Assembly: GCA_002633005.1 (NCBI GenBank)
Contig: NMRA01000011.1
Span: 1,314,555 to 1,378,554 of the forward strand
Source of the DNA: Phoronis australis
Lineage: Eukaryota > Animalia > Phoronida
DNA: 64,000 bases
Direction of reading: 5' to 3'
A program made the position numbers and the translations under genes. A model generated the notes under the pieces. That model was not told the DNA's origin. It searched no databases and saw only the letters and a program-made list of their open reading frames with translations. Within the stretch, counting starts at the first letter, position 1; the number at the start of each line of letters is the position of its first letter. This document shows positions 48,069 to 61,754 of this stretch, piece by piece.

Positions 48069-51000
48069 TCCAATTGTTTTGCGTTTTAGTAATACTTTAT
48101 ACTTTGCGGTCTTACGTTGACAAAACACATACAGAGTAGCAATTAACTGACACTCATCCATTGATATGAACACGTGGACTATATTCTTCCGTTGTATCTG
48201 TGCAGGTTCTGGGGACATGTATTTTATGTTGTGTCTAGGCACTTGCTTCGTAATGTATGATGAAAAACATACAGTATAAAACGTGTCTTCAATAATGTAA
48301 GCATGTCTGTATTTAGGTACAAAGACATGAAGTAGTTGGTGAACAATTACGGAATATAAATTTTGAAGCCGCTTTGTACCATGTTCTGCGTTGTCAATAC
48401 AATTCTCTTTGCAGTGGCTCTTCAAAAGCAATGTCACCGCGTTCTTGTCCATTGTTTGATTTGAAATTGGTTGCAATCAAAACTCCCCTAGCTCTAAAAC
48501 TACTCGACGATCAAATTTATGAACCTATTCTGAAGCGCTCGTTCATCAGCCTCGCTTTCATATTATTTCTAACCTGAGTAAGGAACGAGATGAGATGAAA
48601 CGAAAGTTGTTTGTTGACAGTAGGAGCGGGTTAGATAGTTATGCACATTTCACTATCATGTCCTGTTAGTGAATTTTGTCTGCTACGACCCTATTGTAAA
48701 CGCGAGTTTGCCTATATTCACCAAGGCAATAATTTGTAGTTTAGAAACAGAACGAAAGAACCGTTTGCAGTCAGTCAACAGTTGCAGGTTCGATTATCAA
48801 AACTACTAACATTCTAACGAGCCTCAGAAGGACAAACTCATTTGGTTCAATGAGCATGAAGAACAGAGCATTATTAAAGTCACGTGTCAAACTCAGGAAC
48901 TGGAATACCAACCATTCAAACTGAGTCTGTAACTTGTTTATTAAGGATAGTTATGCACGACTAACAAGAGCCAAATCAATAGTGAATGAAACGTCAACAC
49001 TATGCTATCATTTTACTGTACCATGTTACACCTAGCGGCTCAATTATTTTTTTCTGCATGTTGCCCACAAGTCAGCTTGACCCACTGCCACACGTAGGCC
49101 TACTATGCCAAATAGGTAGAAAGCGATTGTATTCTGACGCTCCGATATTGGCTCCTGACTTGAGATTATCTTATCTCTATAAAGTTGAGTACATTTAAGT
49201 TGACGATCTGTTTGACAGCACTTAATGTGAGTGGCCAATAAAGTCCACTCCACATCAAAATGTGCACAAGTACATTAAAACTACGACTTTAGTTTTCCGC
49301 CTTGATTCAGGAGAGGACTTAACATGTAACAATTAAGAGCAGTTTAATGAGAGTAAACTGCATGGTGTCAAAAAGGTTTAGCGGTGTCTAGAAGGTCTTA
49401 CTAGATCACGTGTTTATCATTACGTCGACATGTCTTGTAAGAAGACCACGCGATCTGACTAGCTTAATTTTTCTCTTGCGATCTACCCAACAAAATGGTG
49501 CAATGTTAAACACTTTCCAAATCTTTTACATTTTTCGCCATATATGGGAAGAATACAAACCTAGTACACAAGTTCATAGACCACTTCCAGGCGCACCCTC
49601 ATATTGTTAATGACCCGCTGTAAAACAAAAACTGAAGAAACTAATGTGTTTAAATTGTCAACGGTATTAAAGTCGATTGGGTTGCATGTTACTTTTCGGT
49701 AACATAAAAGTTCCGAAGCCGATGCTATGGGAGAGACTGCGGCAGAAAAATGGTCTTTGGCTGACAACCGGAGAACACCGGAATCGACTGACCATCGACC
49801 GACAGGTGACCAGGCAAAAGAGAGTGAGTGAATAACAAGAACAGATTTATGCTTTTGAATATTGGGATGCAGACAGCACAGTCCCGGTCTCATATTATAA
49901 TCGTACTCATTGTATTGGTTGAGAAATTTCGGTTTATATTCCTTACTCACATAGTTGTTAGCACAAGTTAGGCCTACTGAACTTTTTTTACACCAATTTA
50001 CACAATGTGTGCATGACATTTAACCATTTCAAGAAGTGAAAATTCGAGTAAAACTTGAACAGACAGGGTGCATCCAATCAAACAGCGTTGAATGCAAAAA
50101 AGTTGTTTATAACACAAAGTGCTAACGTACAGCAGGAAACAAGAAAACTGATTGTGACATCATCCAATGGTTCACGTTCGCCGCTATTTCAAAACGAACT
50201 CTCTTCAGCTGCCGGGAAACTTTGCTCTGGACATTGAACTCAATGACCAACGAAAACATTGTCACCAAAGTTTGAACGTTTCGGTAGTCAATCAGCCAAT
50301 TAACAAAAGAATAGGTGCGAGAGAGTCGTTATTAAGAAGTGGTAACCGCTCTCCATTAACGTTTGATATGTAGTAATGTAAAATCTTTTTATTATACTGA
50401 CAAGTACAAGCTATTAACAACAACACCATGTGAATATTGTTATTGTGTCCGTCAGGAATTGGGCATATTTGGCACTTCATAATGACAATTAAAAATCAAA
50501 CAAAGATATTTTTTTTTAAATTTCACCTACAAGCGTATTCTGACTAAACAAATTTGGTAATTTCTCCTGAAAAAATCCAAACATAATACTTTTAATTCCT
50601 CCAGTCTGCTATAGCGTGAACCGTTGCTAGGAGAAATTTATTAAGAATTGAATCTGAGGAACCTAGGTGTAATGAAAAATCAAATAAAAATGCCGCACAT
50701 TGAGTTTGAGTTACATAATATATACATAACCTTTCACCTAAAAATAATATAACCGAAGGATACACGCTACATTGGAGCATTGAAAATCCTTCTTAGAGAG
50801 AATACCGAAATTGTTGGATCGACTTGTTACAATAAAAAGGTCGGCCACTTTGTCCTCTCATTTGAACACCAGGAATGGTCAAATTTACACGACAGGAACT
50901 TAACACCGTCAGCCAAATATCTAAAAACTTTCCAACACAGTATGAGTTAGCTTACGTGTGCGTACTCGTTGTATAGTGACGAAAGACACCTCATCGGCTA

Positions 51001-53152
51001 CCTCTGGCCAACCAAAATTTTCAGAAATGCTTCCTTTGCGCCTCCGAGTTCCCCGTTAAAGAGATACTTCTATCTTGTAATTCAAAGATAATGTGTTCAT
51101 GTACTTAACAGTGGAGTGTCCACTAAACTTGCCCACCTGGTCAAATGGTCAATTGCTTATCACAAGATGGATTAGCAACTCAAAGCAAAGAACAGGAATT
51201 GAATAACAGCTAGCTGTGCATTAGTCTCGGCTCATTTCACAAACTCACTAAGTACTTGCAGCGAATATTGAACTATGAAGGAGGCGGTAAGGAACTGTAC
51301 CTTCCGTTCTTGTGTATTCAGCTACGTGAACTCTGTGCGTTTGGTTTGATGGTTTTGAATAGAATAGGGACTATTTATTGATTACCAGGTTCAAGTTGTA
51401 TTAAATGATGAACATAGACGCTTGACAATCAAGCAGTAAAATTTTCAGTACAAACTGGGTGCAAAAACCTAACATCATTGTGGAAACGAATGGAGTGTGC
51501 AATCATATTCACGCCCTCCGGACGTACAACGTTTACCAGTAGCGCTGCCTTTCCTCTGACAGTGTCATGCCCACGTACGAGTTCAGGCAATGAAACTGTT
51601 ATACTTAGTGCTGTTTATCGATGTGACACCAAGAACATATAATATCTATATATATTTCATGACAGGCTAACAGGGAGATATTCCCATATTGGATATACTT
51701 ATCAGATTGTAAACCTCCAATAAAATTAACCGTTTTACATGCACAAGCACGTCTATACCTATAAAACACTTCAAATGATCTTGAAGTAATAACTTGTGGG
51801 TAAAATTTGACACATGTTGGTCAACAAAGTGGTTCTGACAAAGAACAGCCAAATTACAGAGAAAAAAAACGAATAAACTGAAACCATAGCTTTCCAACCA
51901 CTGCAATGAAATTAGAAGACTGGACACTATGAGTTGTGCACTTTCCAAATTCCATTCAGGCAAAACTATAAAACCCACCAATGCCGCCAACAATGTTGTT
52001 TTCAGAACAGATAGTCTGTCGTGCCAAAGGATGTTATTTCTGAGTTTCTTATTTAGAAGCTGGGCCTTACAGTTCGCAACGCTACAAAAATAAAACCGGA
52101 GAGCGTGGAATTAGATTTAGCAATAAAACCACTTTCAACACAACTCTAGGTATTGAAGCTGGGAAAGTAAGCTTGCCCTTGTGTTGCTCAACAGGCACTT
52201 CACACTTAAAGTGGATTACAGAGGAAGTAAGGAATTTCATTACTTAAGACGTTTGGCGTAATAAACTTATGATTTGACATTTGAATATTACTCGATTATA
52301 AACCAGTGGACAGTTCCATGAGCAAGGAAGTTGGAATTAGCGACGTTCGCAACCCATGGATCCGTGGTTGCTAAAGTGAACCGCTATATTCTGCTAACAC
52401 CAGTCGCTAGACTCCTTACCTGTTTAAGTCAACGGCCGAAACACGGCAAAGCGTTAATTGGTCTTCTTGTCACAAAGCATCACTGATTAGCCTGTATCAC
52501 TATGACACATTTGGTAACTCAAAGTTCACTGTCTTGTCAGATCCATTGTAAAGACGTCGTAGTGTTACCGGACCCGACTTATAAGTTTTGGACAAAGAGG
52601 CACAGGGGTTATAAGTGCCGGTCAGTGAACAGAGTATACCTTTTTCCCCAGACAGGCACCTCGCCTTATCACGAATATCACCAGTGTCTTATTATTTCTG
52701 ACGTTATGACAAGTGAATAAAGTTCAGGTGTAGAATGTATACAGCTATCACAGAAACATCTAATCCACTGACAAGTATCAACAAATTTTGAGATAAGAAA
52801 ATATCCGCGCTTACCTTAGCGTATCCTTGATAACTTATATCATAAACAGTCAACGTGAACCTTGCTTACGATCAATAATTATAACAACACCGATTCGGAT
52901 TGTGATTACCTCACGAAGTAGTTCTATTTACGTGCTTTGAAGTTGACCACGTTATCAATCTAAACTTCACTGGTGCGCTGCGGTAAATCGATGCATACTT
53001 CTTTAAAAGGACGCTGAACCCTGTTTCGGTGATTTCAACCAATCTTGGTTGTATCACCTGTTAATGAATTATTGACGTCTCATTTGAGTGACAGCAGCAG
53101 GATTCAACTAAAAACTTACCCTCTCCGAGTCAAAGACAGAATATTATGGTTC

Positions 53153-55666
53153 TGAGCCGGTGGTCTTTGCCTGCGGATGACATGTAACTAGCATAAAACG
53201 TATGTCACGCTTGCCCGTTTAGTAAACTTCATACAAAAGTTTTCAAATTTTGCTCCAAACCTTAAAGGGTTTTCGAGACTTTGCAGTTTACAGAGCCTTA
53301 TTTTTTCAGAAAACTGGGCAGGAAAATAGTTTTTTAACATCTGTTTTCAGGTCCAAAGCGGATTTGGTTTTCTTTCAAGGAATTACAAACAAAATTCAAA
53401 TTGTTGTCAAACGAAATTGCCTTGCATTTCATGCCGTTCAAACCGTCGCCTTACGTAAAACAAACGAATATCGGTTATGGGCCCAATGGAATCCGCCATT
53501 CTAATGCTCTACCAGGCGGTAACCAAATACCTTGGTGTTGCCCTAGAGAGTCTCACCTTTTGTGAGAATACGGGACAACATCTCCGTGTTCGTATCCATG
53601 CACAACGTGTCTTTATGTGGACACAGCTATATCAGACAACAGTCGCGCAACATTCGATACATAAAATTCTTATGCTGGGAGACTCTTAAACTCGTATTAG
53701 AATAGATGACAAACTTGTCTTCCCCATACAAGTGAACATATGGCTGCTACAACTTCTCGTGGTGTGCCATCTGGTCGCCGTGTCACTCGTGCCCCACAAC
53801 TAGCTATTCGTATAAACTCTATCGTTCTTTATCAAGCAGACTTACCCGCTCGTGTGCGTTGAACCTCCCAGGCAAAATCAGTTACGACTAATAGGCAACT
53901 GATCACACGACTGGATTGTGGTTAGAAGCAGACGCGTCGGCAAACAATCCGATGTAAAAAGAACACTACCCCAAACACGGTAAACAAGACCAATGATAAT
54001 TCAATCCGATTTTCAGATAACAGTCATCTCACCTGCAAAGTTGGTAACCCGACAAAATGTTTATCTAACCGCCGTACGCGTCGTTGGCTTTTCACTATAA
54101 ACAGTGAATGAATGGCCGGCTTCAGTGGCGATTATGTGCGGAATAATAGAATTACGTTGGAAATAAAAACATAGAACGGTCGTGGAAAGAATGGGGCTAA
54201 AAACGACTGCTGAGACGGGGGTTATTATGCGGAAGGACTCTTCCAAGCAACTTTTGTCTGAAGTATAAGAGAACATTATATTAGAAAAACCAACTCACGC
54301 CAAGTCATTATTTTCATATAAGCTAATTGTATAAGCAACTTGAGTAGGACATACTGCGTTATGGGCCTGCAACTGCAATGTGTACAATGAAGGCGAGACT
54401 TCNTGAGCCGGTGGTCTTTGCCTACAGATGACATGTAACTAGCCTAAAACGTATGTCACGCTTGCCCGTTTAGTAAAAATCATACAAAAGTTTTCAAATT
54501 TTGCTCCAAACCTTAAAGGGTTTCCGAGACTTTGCAGTTTACAGAGCCTTATTTTTTCAGAAAACTGGGGATGGAAAATAGTTTGTAACATCTGTTTTCA
54601 GGCCCACAACGGATTTGGTTTTCTTTCAAGGAATTACAAACAAAATTCTAATTGTTGTCAAACAATATTGCCTTGCATTTCATGCCGTTCAAACCGTTGC
54701 CTTCCGTAAAACAAGCGAATATCGGTTATGGGCCCACTGGAACTAATTAGAATCCGCCATTCTAATGCTCTACCAGACGGTAACTAAATACCTTGGTAGT
54801 GCCCAAGAGAGTCTCACCTTTTGTGAGAATACGGGACAACATCTCCGTGTTCGTATCCATGCACAGTGTCTTTATGTGGACACAGTTATATCAGACAACA
54901 GTCGCGCAACATTCGATACATAAAATTCTTATGCTGGGACACTCTTAAACTCGTATTAGAATAGATGACAAACTTGTCTTCCCCATACACGTGAACAAGT
55001 AGGCTAGCTGCTACAACTTCTTGTGGTGTGCCATCTGGTCGCCGTGTCACTCGTGCCCCACAACTAGTTATTCGTATAAACTCTGTCATTCTTTATCAAG
55101 CAGACTTACCCGCTCGTGTGCGTTGAACCTCCCAGGCAAAAACAGTTACGACTAATAGGCAACTGATCACACGACTGGATTGTGGTTAGAAGCAGACGCG
55201 TCGGCAAACAATCCGATGTAAAAAGAACACTACCCCAAACACGGTAAACAAGGCCAATGATAATTCAATCCGATTTTCAGATAACAGTCATCTCACCTGC
55301 AAAGTTGGTAACCCTACAAAATGTTTATCTAACCGCCGTACGCGTCGTTGGCTTTTCACTATAAACAGTGAATGAATGGCCGGCTTCAGTGGCGATTATG
55401 TGCGGAATAATAGAATTACGTTGGAAATAAAAACATAGAACGGTCGTGGAAAGAATGGGGCTAAAAACGACTGCTGAGACGGGGGTTATTATGCGGAAGG
55501 ACTCTTCCAAGCAACTTTTGTCTGAAGTATAAGAGAACATTATATTAGAAAAACCAACTCACGCCAAGTCATTATTTTCATATAAGCTAATTGTATAAGC
55601 AACTTGAGTAGGACATACTGCGTTATGGGCCTGCAACTGCAATGTGTACAATGAAGGCGAGACTTC
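53153..55666. repeat. Near-identical ~1.25-kb tandem duplication split by a single N (likely unmerged haplotypes)
   Basis: 53153-54402 vs 54404-55666; N at 54403 lies exactly at the junction; only scattered SNPs and short indels. Confidence 0.92.
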
Positions 55667-57236
55667 GCGCGGGATTCAGATGACGACAGAGCCGACATGG
55701 ACGAATGTAAGAATTTGCGGCAATGTCAATTTGATGCGACTATAGATTGTTACGAGGGCCTTAAACATTTATTTACGATTTTACCGCCTAGCCTCTACCG
55801 ACACTAGCTAGAATGAGGGTAGTTACAAGAAAGAAGATGTATCGATACTTGGTAAACGCGCAAGGATACCAGTTACACGAAGCGCCTTCTAAGACTGTCT
55901 CTAATTTTATGTCAGCATGCGAACCTGGTTCGAATTTCCAACTACACGTAGACGGCTTAATAAAGACCAAAAACTGATAAACAACGGGGTGGATATGGGA
56001 CCACTTATTTCGAACGAACAATAGGATTTTATTTTTTGAATACTTTGGATATCTTTTCAAAATTTTTAAGTAGAGGTCTATATCCGCGGCTTACCAAACA
56101 ATAGCTTGTACTGAGGCCCTCAAGCAAACTCAAACCAGCGTCCGAACATTATGCAGGTTTTCTCAAGAATCATTTTAAATGAGAATAAGTCGAAAATGTA
56201 CGATTTATTTAAACTATTTTGGTGGCAGCATGTAACGTAGTGTGGAAAATTTTACGCAAAGTAGCATTTGAAAATCACGTTCTTCCATTGGACGCCTCCG
56301 GGCCCTGAACACTCATCTGTTCTATTTACCATGACCCAGTCAGTCAGGCATTATTCAATCATGAAATGAGGCAGTGCGTGACTATTCTTTTAATCTTTTC
56401 ATGGTTGTTCACTTCATTTTTTCGCTAAAATTGTCAGTGTGATCTTAGCCACATTCTAACACCACTTTTAAGCTGTGTCAAAGGCCCTACCGAAAACCCT
56501 ACAGGGACGATCTTTGCAAAATAGACCACCCCTCGCTCAATGCTGATTACGGGCCTATCTGATAAAAGAGGCAAAACATGCAAAACTAATAAACAAACTG
56601 AAAAACGCGAAACTTTTCTAATTCTGCTTGAACAATTATGTTACATGTAATTGGGCTGCGACACGCTTTCGGGAGCTCAAAATTTTGAAAGAAGTAAAAG
56701 ACGGATTCAAACGCCAAAATCAGCTGAAGATGCTCGATCAGAACATGCAATATCCAAACAACGCTACAACTGTTTAACACTAATCTTATTGCAGAATTTG
56801 AACTACTTCTGCCACCAAATACAAAATCCGAAACAAAATCATGACTCGCCATTCGGTTATAAGTGTATGCCGGTGATAGCCACTCTAGTTGCAAGCTCCG
56901 TATGAGTACGTGTAATCCTCACGGAGCGAATGCAATTATTGGTCAATAACAGTTGCAAAATTCATTAGATTTATTTGCGTTATTGATTTATTATTTCTAT
57001 ACAACAATGACTTATTCTAATCAAGTATGGTTCCTTGTTCAAAATTCCAAACAATGAGAACTCTCACAATGGCTACATATACTGGAAAGAATACGACGTA
57101 GTGAACCTGTTAATTAGTCAATAGGGCAAATATGTGTTACGCATGAGAGTACAGCTGTATACTTGAGCTCCACTTAAGCCCTCCTAAGAGAAAAAAATAA
57201 CTTAGAGCTGGACTGTCATGTATTTTCGAATAACTT

Positions 57237-58250
57237 CATAAGCGGATTTAGGGGGGGCAGGGAGCCCGCCCCCCCCTTGGCTGCCGCAAAAAAATAAAAC
57301 AGTAAGAGCGTAGGGAAATCTTGAGTTTATTAATTAACCCCGGTAATTAAAATTACACGGATGAAAAAAGATTTAAATGTGTGCAGTTTTAGTGTTGGGG
57401 GGCGGGCTCAAATCCAATTTCAAGTGTCAAATTCGGAACACGGCGCATTCGTAACGGAACTATGGCTAAGTATAGNTTCGGAACACGGCGCATTCGTAAC
57501 GGAACTTTGGCTAACTATAGTCTCTCTCCCGCGAGGCCCAGGCGACCGGCAGTGGCGCTGCGCACTACGACTCCGTTTCCGTCGTCTGCTCCACTGTGCA
57601 ATGAAGAAAATTTACTTCATTTTTCAAAGAAAATCGAACCTGAGTGACGATGAAAAAACAGAAGCTGCTGGTAAGATGTGAATTTTAATAGAAGCCTTAG
57701 TGAATCACTCAGAAACTCGCAATACTCTCTTTGCCAAACCTTACCTTAAGACGATTTCCAAAGCAAACCCGTCATTATTGCCAACACAAATAACGGATTT
57801 GGTCTTTGGGCATTTGAAGACTATTTTAAATACGACAAATTTGTTAAGAATTCATGGCACAAAATATAAAACGTGTAATAAGCATTACAAAAAGAAGTAG
57901 GTTTCGCGCGCAGACGCTGTGGACCATAAACAAGTAGGACTCTTAGTATGAGATTAGAAGTTAAATCTTGGTGGTGTAGTGGTAACGCACTCTATCTGCC
58001 ATGTCGAGAGTTCGAGTCTTTGGTATATGCAGTTTTTCCTGTTTGACATGTTTTCCGTGTTTTCTTTGCCTTTTTTCTAGGATAATGCTTCAGGAATCAA
58101 GGAAAATGCTTGATTTTTAGAGGTAAAAACAGAAAAAATTCCTGGGCTATGCGGTGCTATGCGCATCTACAATCGTGGTTCGGTTTGCGCAAATGCTTAC
58201 AGCCGGACAAAAATGTTGCCCCTCCTTTTGATATCCTAGATCTGCCACTG
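57237..58250. mobile_element. ~1-kb non-autonomous TIR element with 5-bp TSD AACTT
   Basis: Left CATAAGCGGATTTAGG, right CCTAGATCTGCCACTG; AACTT at 57232-57236 and 58251-58255. Confidence 0.8.
57965..58031 (+). pseudogene. tRNA-Gly(GCC)-derived pseudogene or SINE head
   Basis: TTGGTGGTGTAGTGGTA (A box), CTGCCAT anticodon loop, GTTCGAGTC (B box), ends ATGCA, followed by TTTTT. Variable loop and 5' T-stem appear deleted and stems are broken. Confidence 0.65.
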
Positions 58251-59256
58251 AACTTATAGCTGCTGAACAATCAACTTCGTCTGGACACCACGCAATGGGC
58301 TGTTTTCCACCAACATTTTTCAGCACTATAGCCCAATTGCAGGTTAATTTGCTTTGTCGTAAACAGCTGTAACGTCACGCGGTGGGGACAGAGCCCGCCA
58401 TATTTACCATTGTGTTTTGCAGCCTCATTCGTCATTGTCACGTTGGATATTTCAATATTTTAAGTGTCAATAGAGAGTTTTGCGTTGGCAACTGTGCTAC
58501 AGCTTCGTCGATGATTGTTAGACGTGAAATCACAGCAAATGGTAGTTAGCCAGCTAGCTGTATGAAGACTAGTGTCGTCAAAATACAGCTAGGTACCGCT
58601 GTGCGAGTGTAGCCTTGGTGCAAAGCTATATACTGAATATACAGCTTTGTGCCGATATAGGAAAAATTGACCTAACAAAACCTGACACAAAAATAAGTGT
58701 CATTGAAGACTGCACTTTTCCATGAATAAACTAAATTATTAATTGGTGTTGGAAAATTGGCGTTCTACCTTGGTTCTACTGCTAAAATTGTGGTGTAATC
58801 TTTTGCTTCGGCATTCGCTGCCATGAAATATTGTGTCACCTATTGGCCATTTTTGCGCCGATTCTTGAATCAACTGCTCTTCTCTTCCCGGCACGAGGTT
58901 GCGCACATGTCACAACACATTATCGGAACTGATATTTTAATACCAGCAAACCGAATTTCTGAACAATTTTTGCTGCTGCGAAGCTGTCATCACCTCCCGA
59001 ATGGTGTCGCAAAATTTAAGGAAATGGCGCGTGTCACGAGTGTAGGGTTTTCAAAACGACGAAAGACTTTTTCTATTACAATAGGTGGAGAATTATGCAA
59101 GAGTTTGACGTTGACTTGATTGTTTTTCACTTAAACGGCTGCAACGAGCGAGGGGACTATCGGTTGACTCTCAGATTTGCATGCATCCCCGCCTGTGTTT
59201 AGTTCTACAAGTAAAAAACGACGAGGGGACGAGAAGAACTACGCTTTGTGAAATTT

Positions 59257-59363
59257 CGGAGTCTAACGGAGCTTAACACACAGGTACTTAGCTGCATTTT
59301 GACGATAGTCTTCATATAGCTAGCTGACTGGCTACACTGTGTGTTGAGCTCCGTTAGACTCCG
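59257..59363. mobile_element. 107-bp foldback element with 27-bp inverted arms
   Basis: CGGAGTCTAACGGAGCTTAACACACAG / CTGTGTGTTGAGCTCCGTTAGACTCCG (1 mismatch). The loop is an inverted copy of ~58542-58602. Confidence 0.75.
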
Positions 59364-60460
59364 TGCCGTCCGGTCACTCTACTTGAGTCCCTGCAGCAAG
59401 TTCCCTAACAGCAATGTTTCACGGGCACTTTGTAGAGCATAGTGAGTTAACACCACTCAAATGACACTGTTAATATCATTATTTTTCATTACTAACGAAA
59501 TGTTACACTGTGAGTACTTAAAGCGTGAGATTTATAAGTCGAGGCTATCTACATCCACATTTTCCTATAGTGGGGGACACGTGACGAAGTATCAATTATT
59601 CCTACTCTGCCCCCCCCCTTTCCGGACAGTTCTATCTGCCTACGCGCATACCATACACTTAATGCAACCTGCAAGTGGTCTATTGGTCACCTTCATTCCA
59701 ACATGCCCGAACTTTTTCAGATGTGCTCAACGTTTAATTTTCCAGTATGGAACTGTCAAAAGGTATTAGTGTAGGGTTCATTAATTTCAAATTTAAATAT
59801 CTACTACGTTTCAGTATGTACACATCACTCGAAACTTAAAAAAGGTTCAAATAGTGCAGGAGAAAACGTAACGCAAAGAAGACGTTTAAATGCATGTTTT
59901 GGACGAAAAACTTATATGCTTAGGGCACTCACACGTCGGCGATGATTTAAAGATGGCGGATTAAGGTTGAAGGTGATTCCCCCTTGGCTCAATATGTCAC
60001 GATCAATGTTACTTTTGGCTTGTAACTTCAACATGAATAACGTTTTAGGTAGAACACAGTTTTTGAGCGGTAGTATCACTGTAGGAGTGAACATTTGGAA
60101 AAACTCTGCAGTTCAATTAAAACTTTTGGAGTTCGTTGTTTTAAGTACGTTGTACTTTTGTTTAGTGCTAGTCAAGAATGTAAAAATTTGTTGTCAAGTA
60201 CCAACAGAAAAGTAGTATTGTTAGAGTTTGATACTTATTGTCCTGTGATGATGATTTTTAATGAAATTGAAAAGTGGTGAGAGAGGGAGTCCACATATTT
60301 GTGCCTAACTTAATTATTGTTCTGAAGTCTCAAAGGCGGAGTCTAAATGGTTCAAAGAATTGAATGTAAACATAAATAATTTGTCTTGGGAGTACAGTGT
60401 ATGTTTACTGTGTTACATTCAGCACAACAAGAGCCCATAGATTTGGGCGATTCCAGTTTA

Positions 60461-60538
60461 TATGGGCGGCGCAGCACTGAAAACATTGTGGTGGGAGGGC
60501 TATATAGGCCCCCAGCTTCCTATAGTGCGCCGCCAATG
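60461..60538. mobile_element. 78-bp MITE with probable 5-bp TSD
   Basis: TATGGGCGGCGCA ... TGCGCCGCCAATG; flanks GTTTA / GTCTA (4/5). Confidence 0.65.
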
Positions 60539-61446
60539 GTCTAAGCAGTTGACGAGAATTTTGTCAATGAATTCTTTTTAAAGCTAATTCAAGTTACATT
60601 CGACGACTCTTGCTCCTTTTGTGGACAAACTATAGGGATTGTGAAACAATGAACTTATTTTGAACAAAAGCAAATAACGAAATTTTGACAAAGTCAGTCC
60701 TTCATGCGTCGACACACCCTCCTACAACAGCATTATCTTGGGGTTTTGTGATAAACAAGAACTTTTTAAGAACAACATTGTACTAGTGAACAGTTTATTT
60801 ATTGTCAGAACTTTGTTTTGCAAAGTCTGCGTTTGAGGGCCTTTATCTACTCCATTGAACAATACTTATCTAAGTAAAAATATAACTCTCGAAAAAAATT
60901 AAATTTCGATTCATTAGAAAAGAAATTGTGTAACTTAGAAACTATTTTTCTAAGTAGCAAGTAGGATTAGATGTGTGCGTGCGTGCGTGACTGTCTGTCC
61001 TTTTTGTAAACGTATTTTTTCAAAAAAGTAAAAAAACAGACTGCCATTGGTTGGCAAAAGTAATTTCAATGAATGTCATATTATCGTTTGTGGTAAAGTT
61101 ATATATGGTATACGTCATCAGTGTTCGACAACACCTCGTGCAAGTAATTCAGTTCCGGATTAACCCTGGAGCTAAATAAACTACAACTTAGGGCACCATA
61201 CAAAATAGGGGACCCAACTCGTAGGTTGTATCAACCGGGTAGTGAAAATTGTGGCCATTGGGAAGGAATGTAATTGTGGGGAGGTCAATACCGTGTGGTG
61301 AATGCTGTCATCGTGGTGACTAATGTAGGAAAAATATTGACAACAGGTAATAGGGCAACCAGACTTTATAAGTTTGAGGTTCCTAGAAACCTACATACGC
61401 TTGAATCAACTGTTCATATAAATGATTCGAGGACAAAAGTCACTTA

Positions 61447-61526
61447 CAGGGTTCTCAAATTTTGAGAACCAGTTTGATGATAGTTAATCTGTGTAGAAAA
61501 CTGGTTCTCAAAGTGTGGGAGCCCTG
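61447..61526. mobile_element. 80-bp MITE with 29-bp TIRs (possibly Tc1/mariner-type)
   Basis: CAGGGTTCTCAAATTTTGAGAACCAGTTT vs reverse complement CAGGGCTCCCACACTTTGAGAACCAGTTT; flanks TA / TG. Confidence 0.7.
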
Positions 61527-61754
61527 TGGCTATTACCGTTTCCAGTAGGCGTTATGTTTGCACACCTGATACTGCCGCGCGGCATGATATCGTAACGCAA
61601 CCAGTGCTATCTTCATTCACTCACTCTCAAGGTTATGATGGTCCGGCTAAAGCAAATTTATCCTATACTATAGGCGTTGAAACTGTCGAGGGCAATACGG
61701 CTATGTGATATTGTTTTCTGTATTTCCCTCCTGGACTATCAACAATTCCCTATT

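Noticed and set aside
47895-48476. 193-aa ORF
   Set aside because: C-terminal third is a TATG microsatellite, the start is non-ATG and no domain is recognisable.
55900-56950. Faint hAT-transposase-like peptides (QYPN..., LIAEFELLLPPNT)
   Set aside because: Too degenerate to support without a profile search.
59967-60215. 82-aa ORF containing SITVGVNIWKN
   Set aside because: At most a tiny LINE ORF2 C-terminal remnant; not a gene and too short to call.
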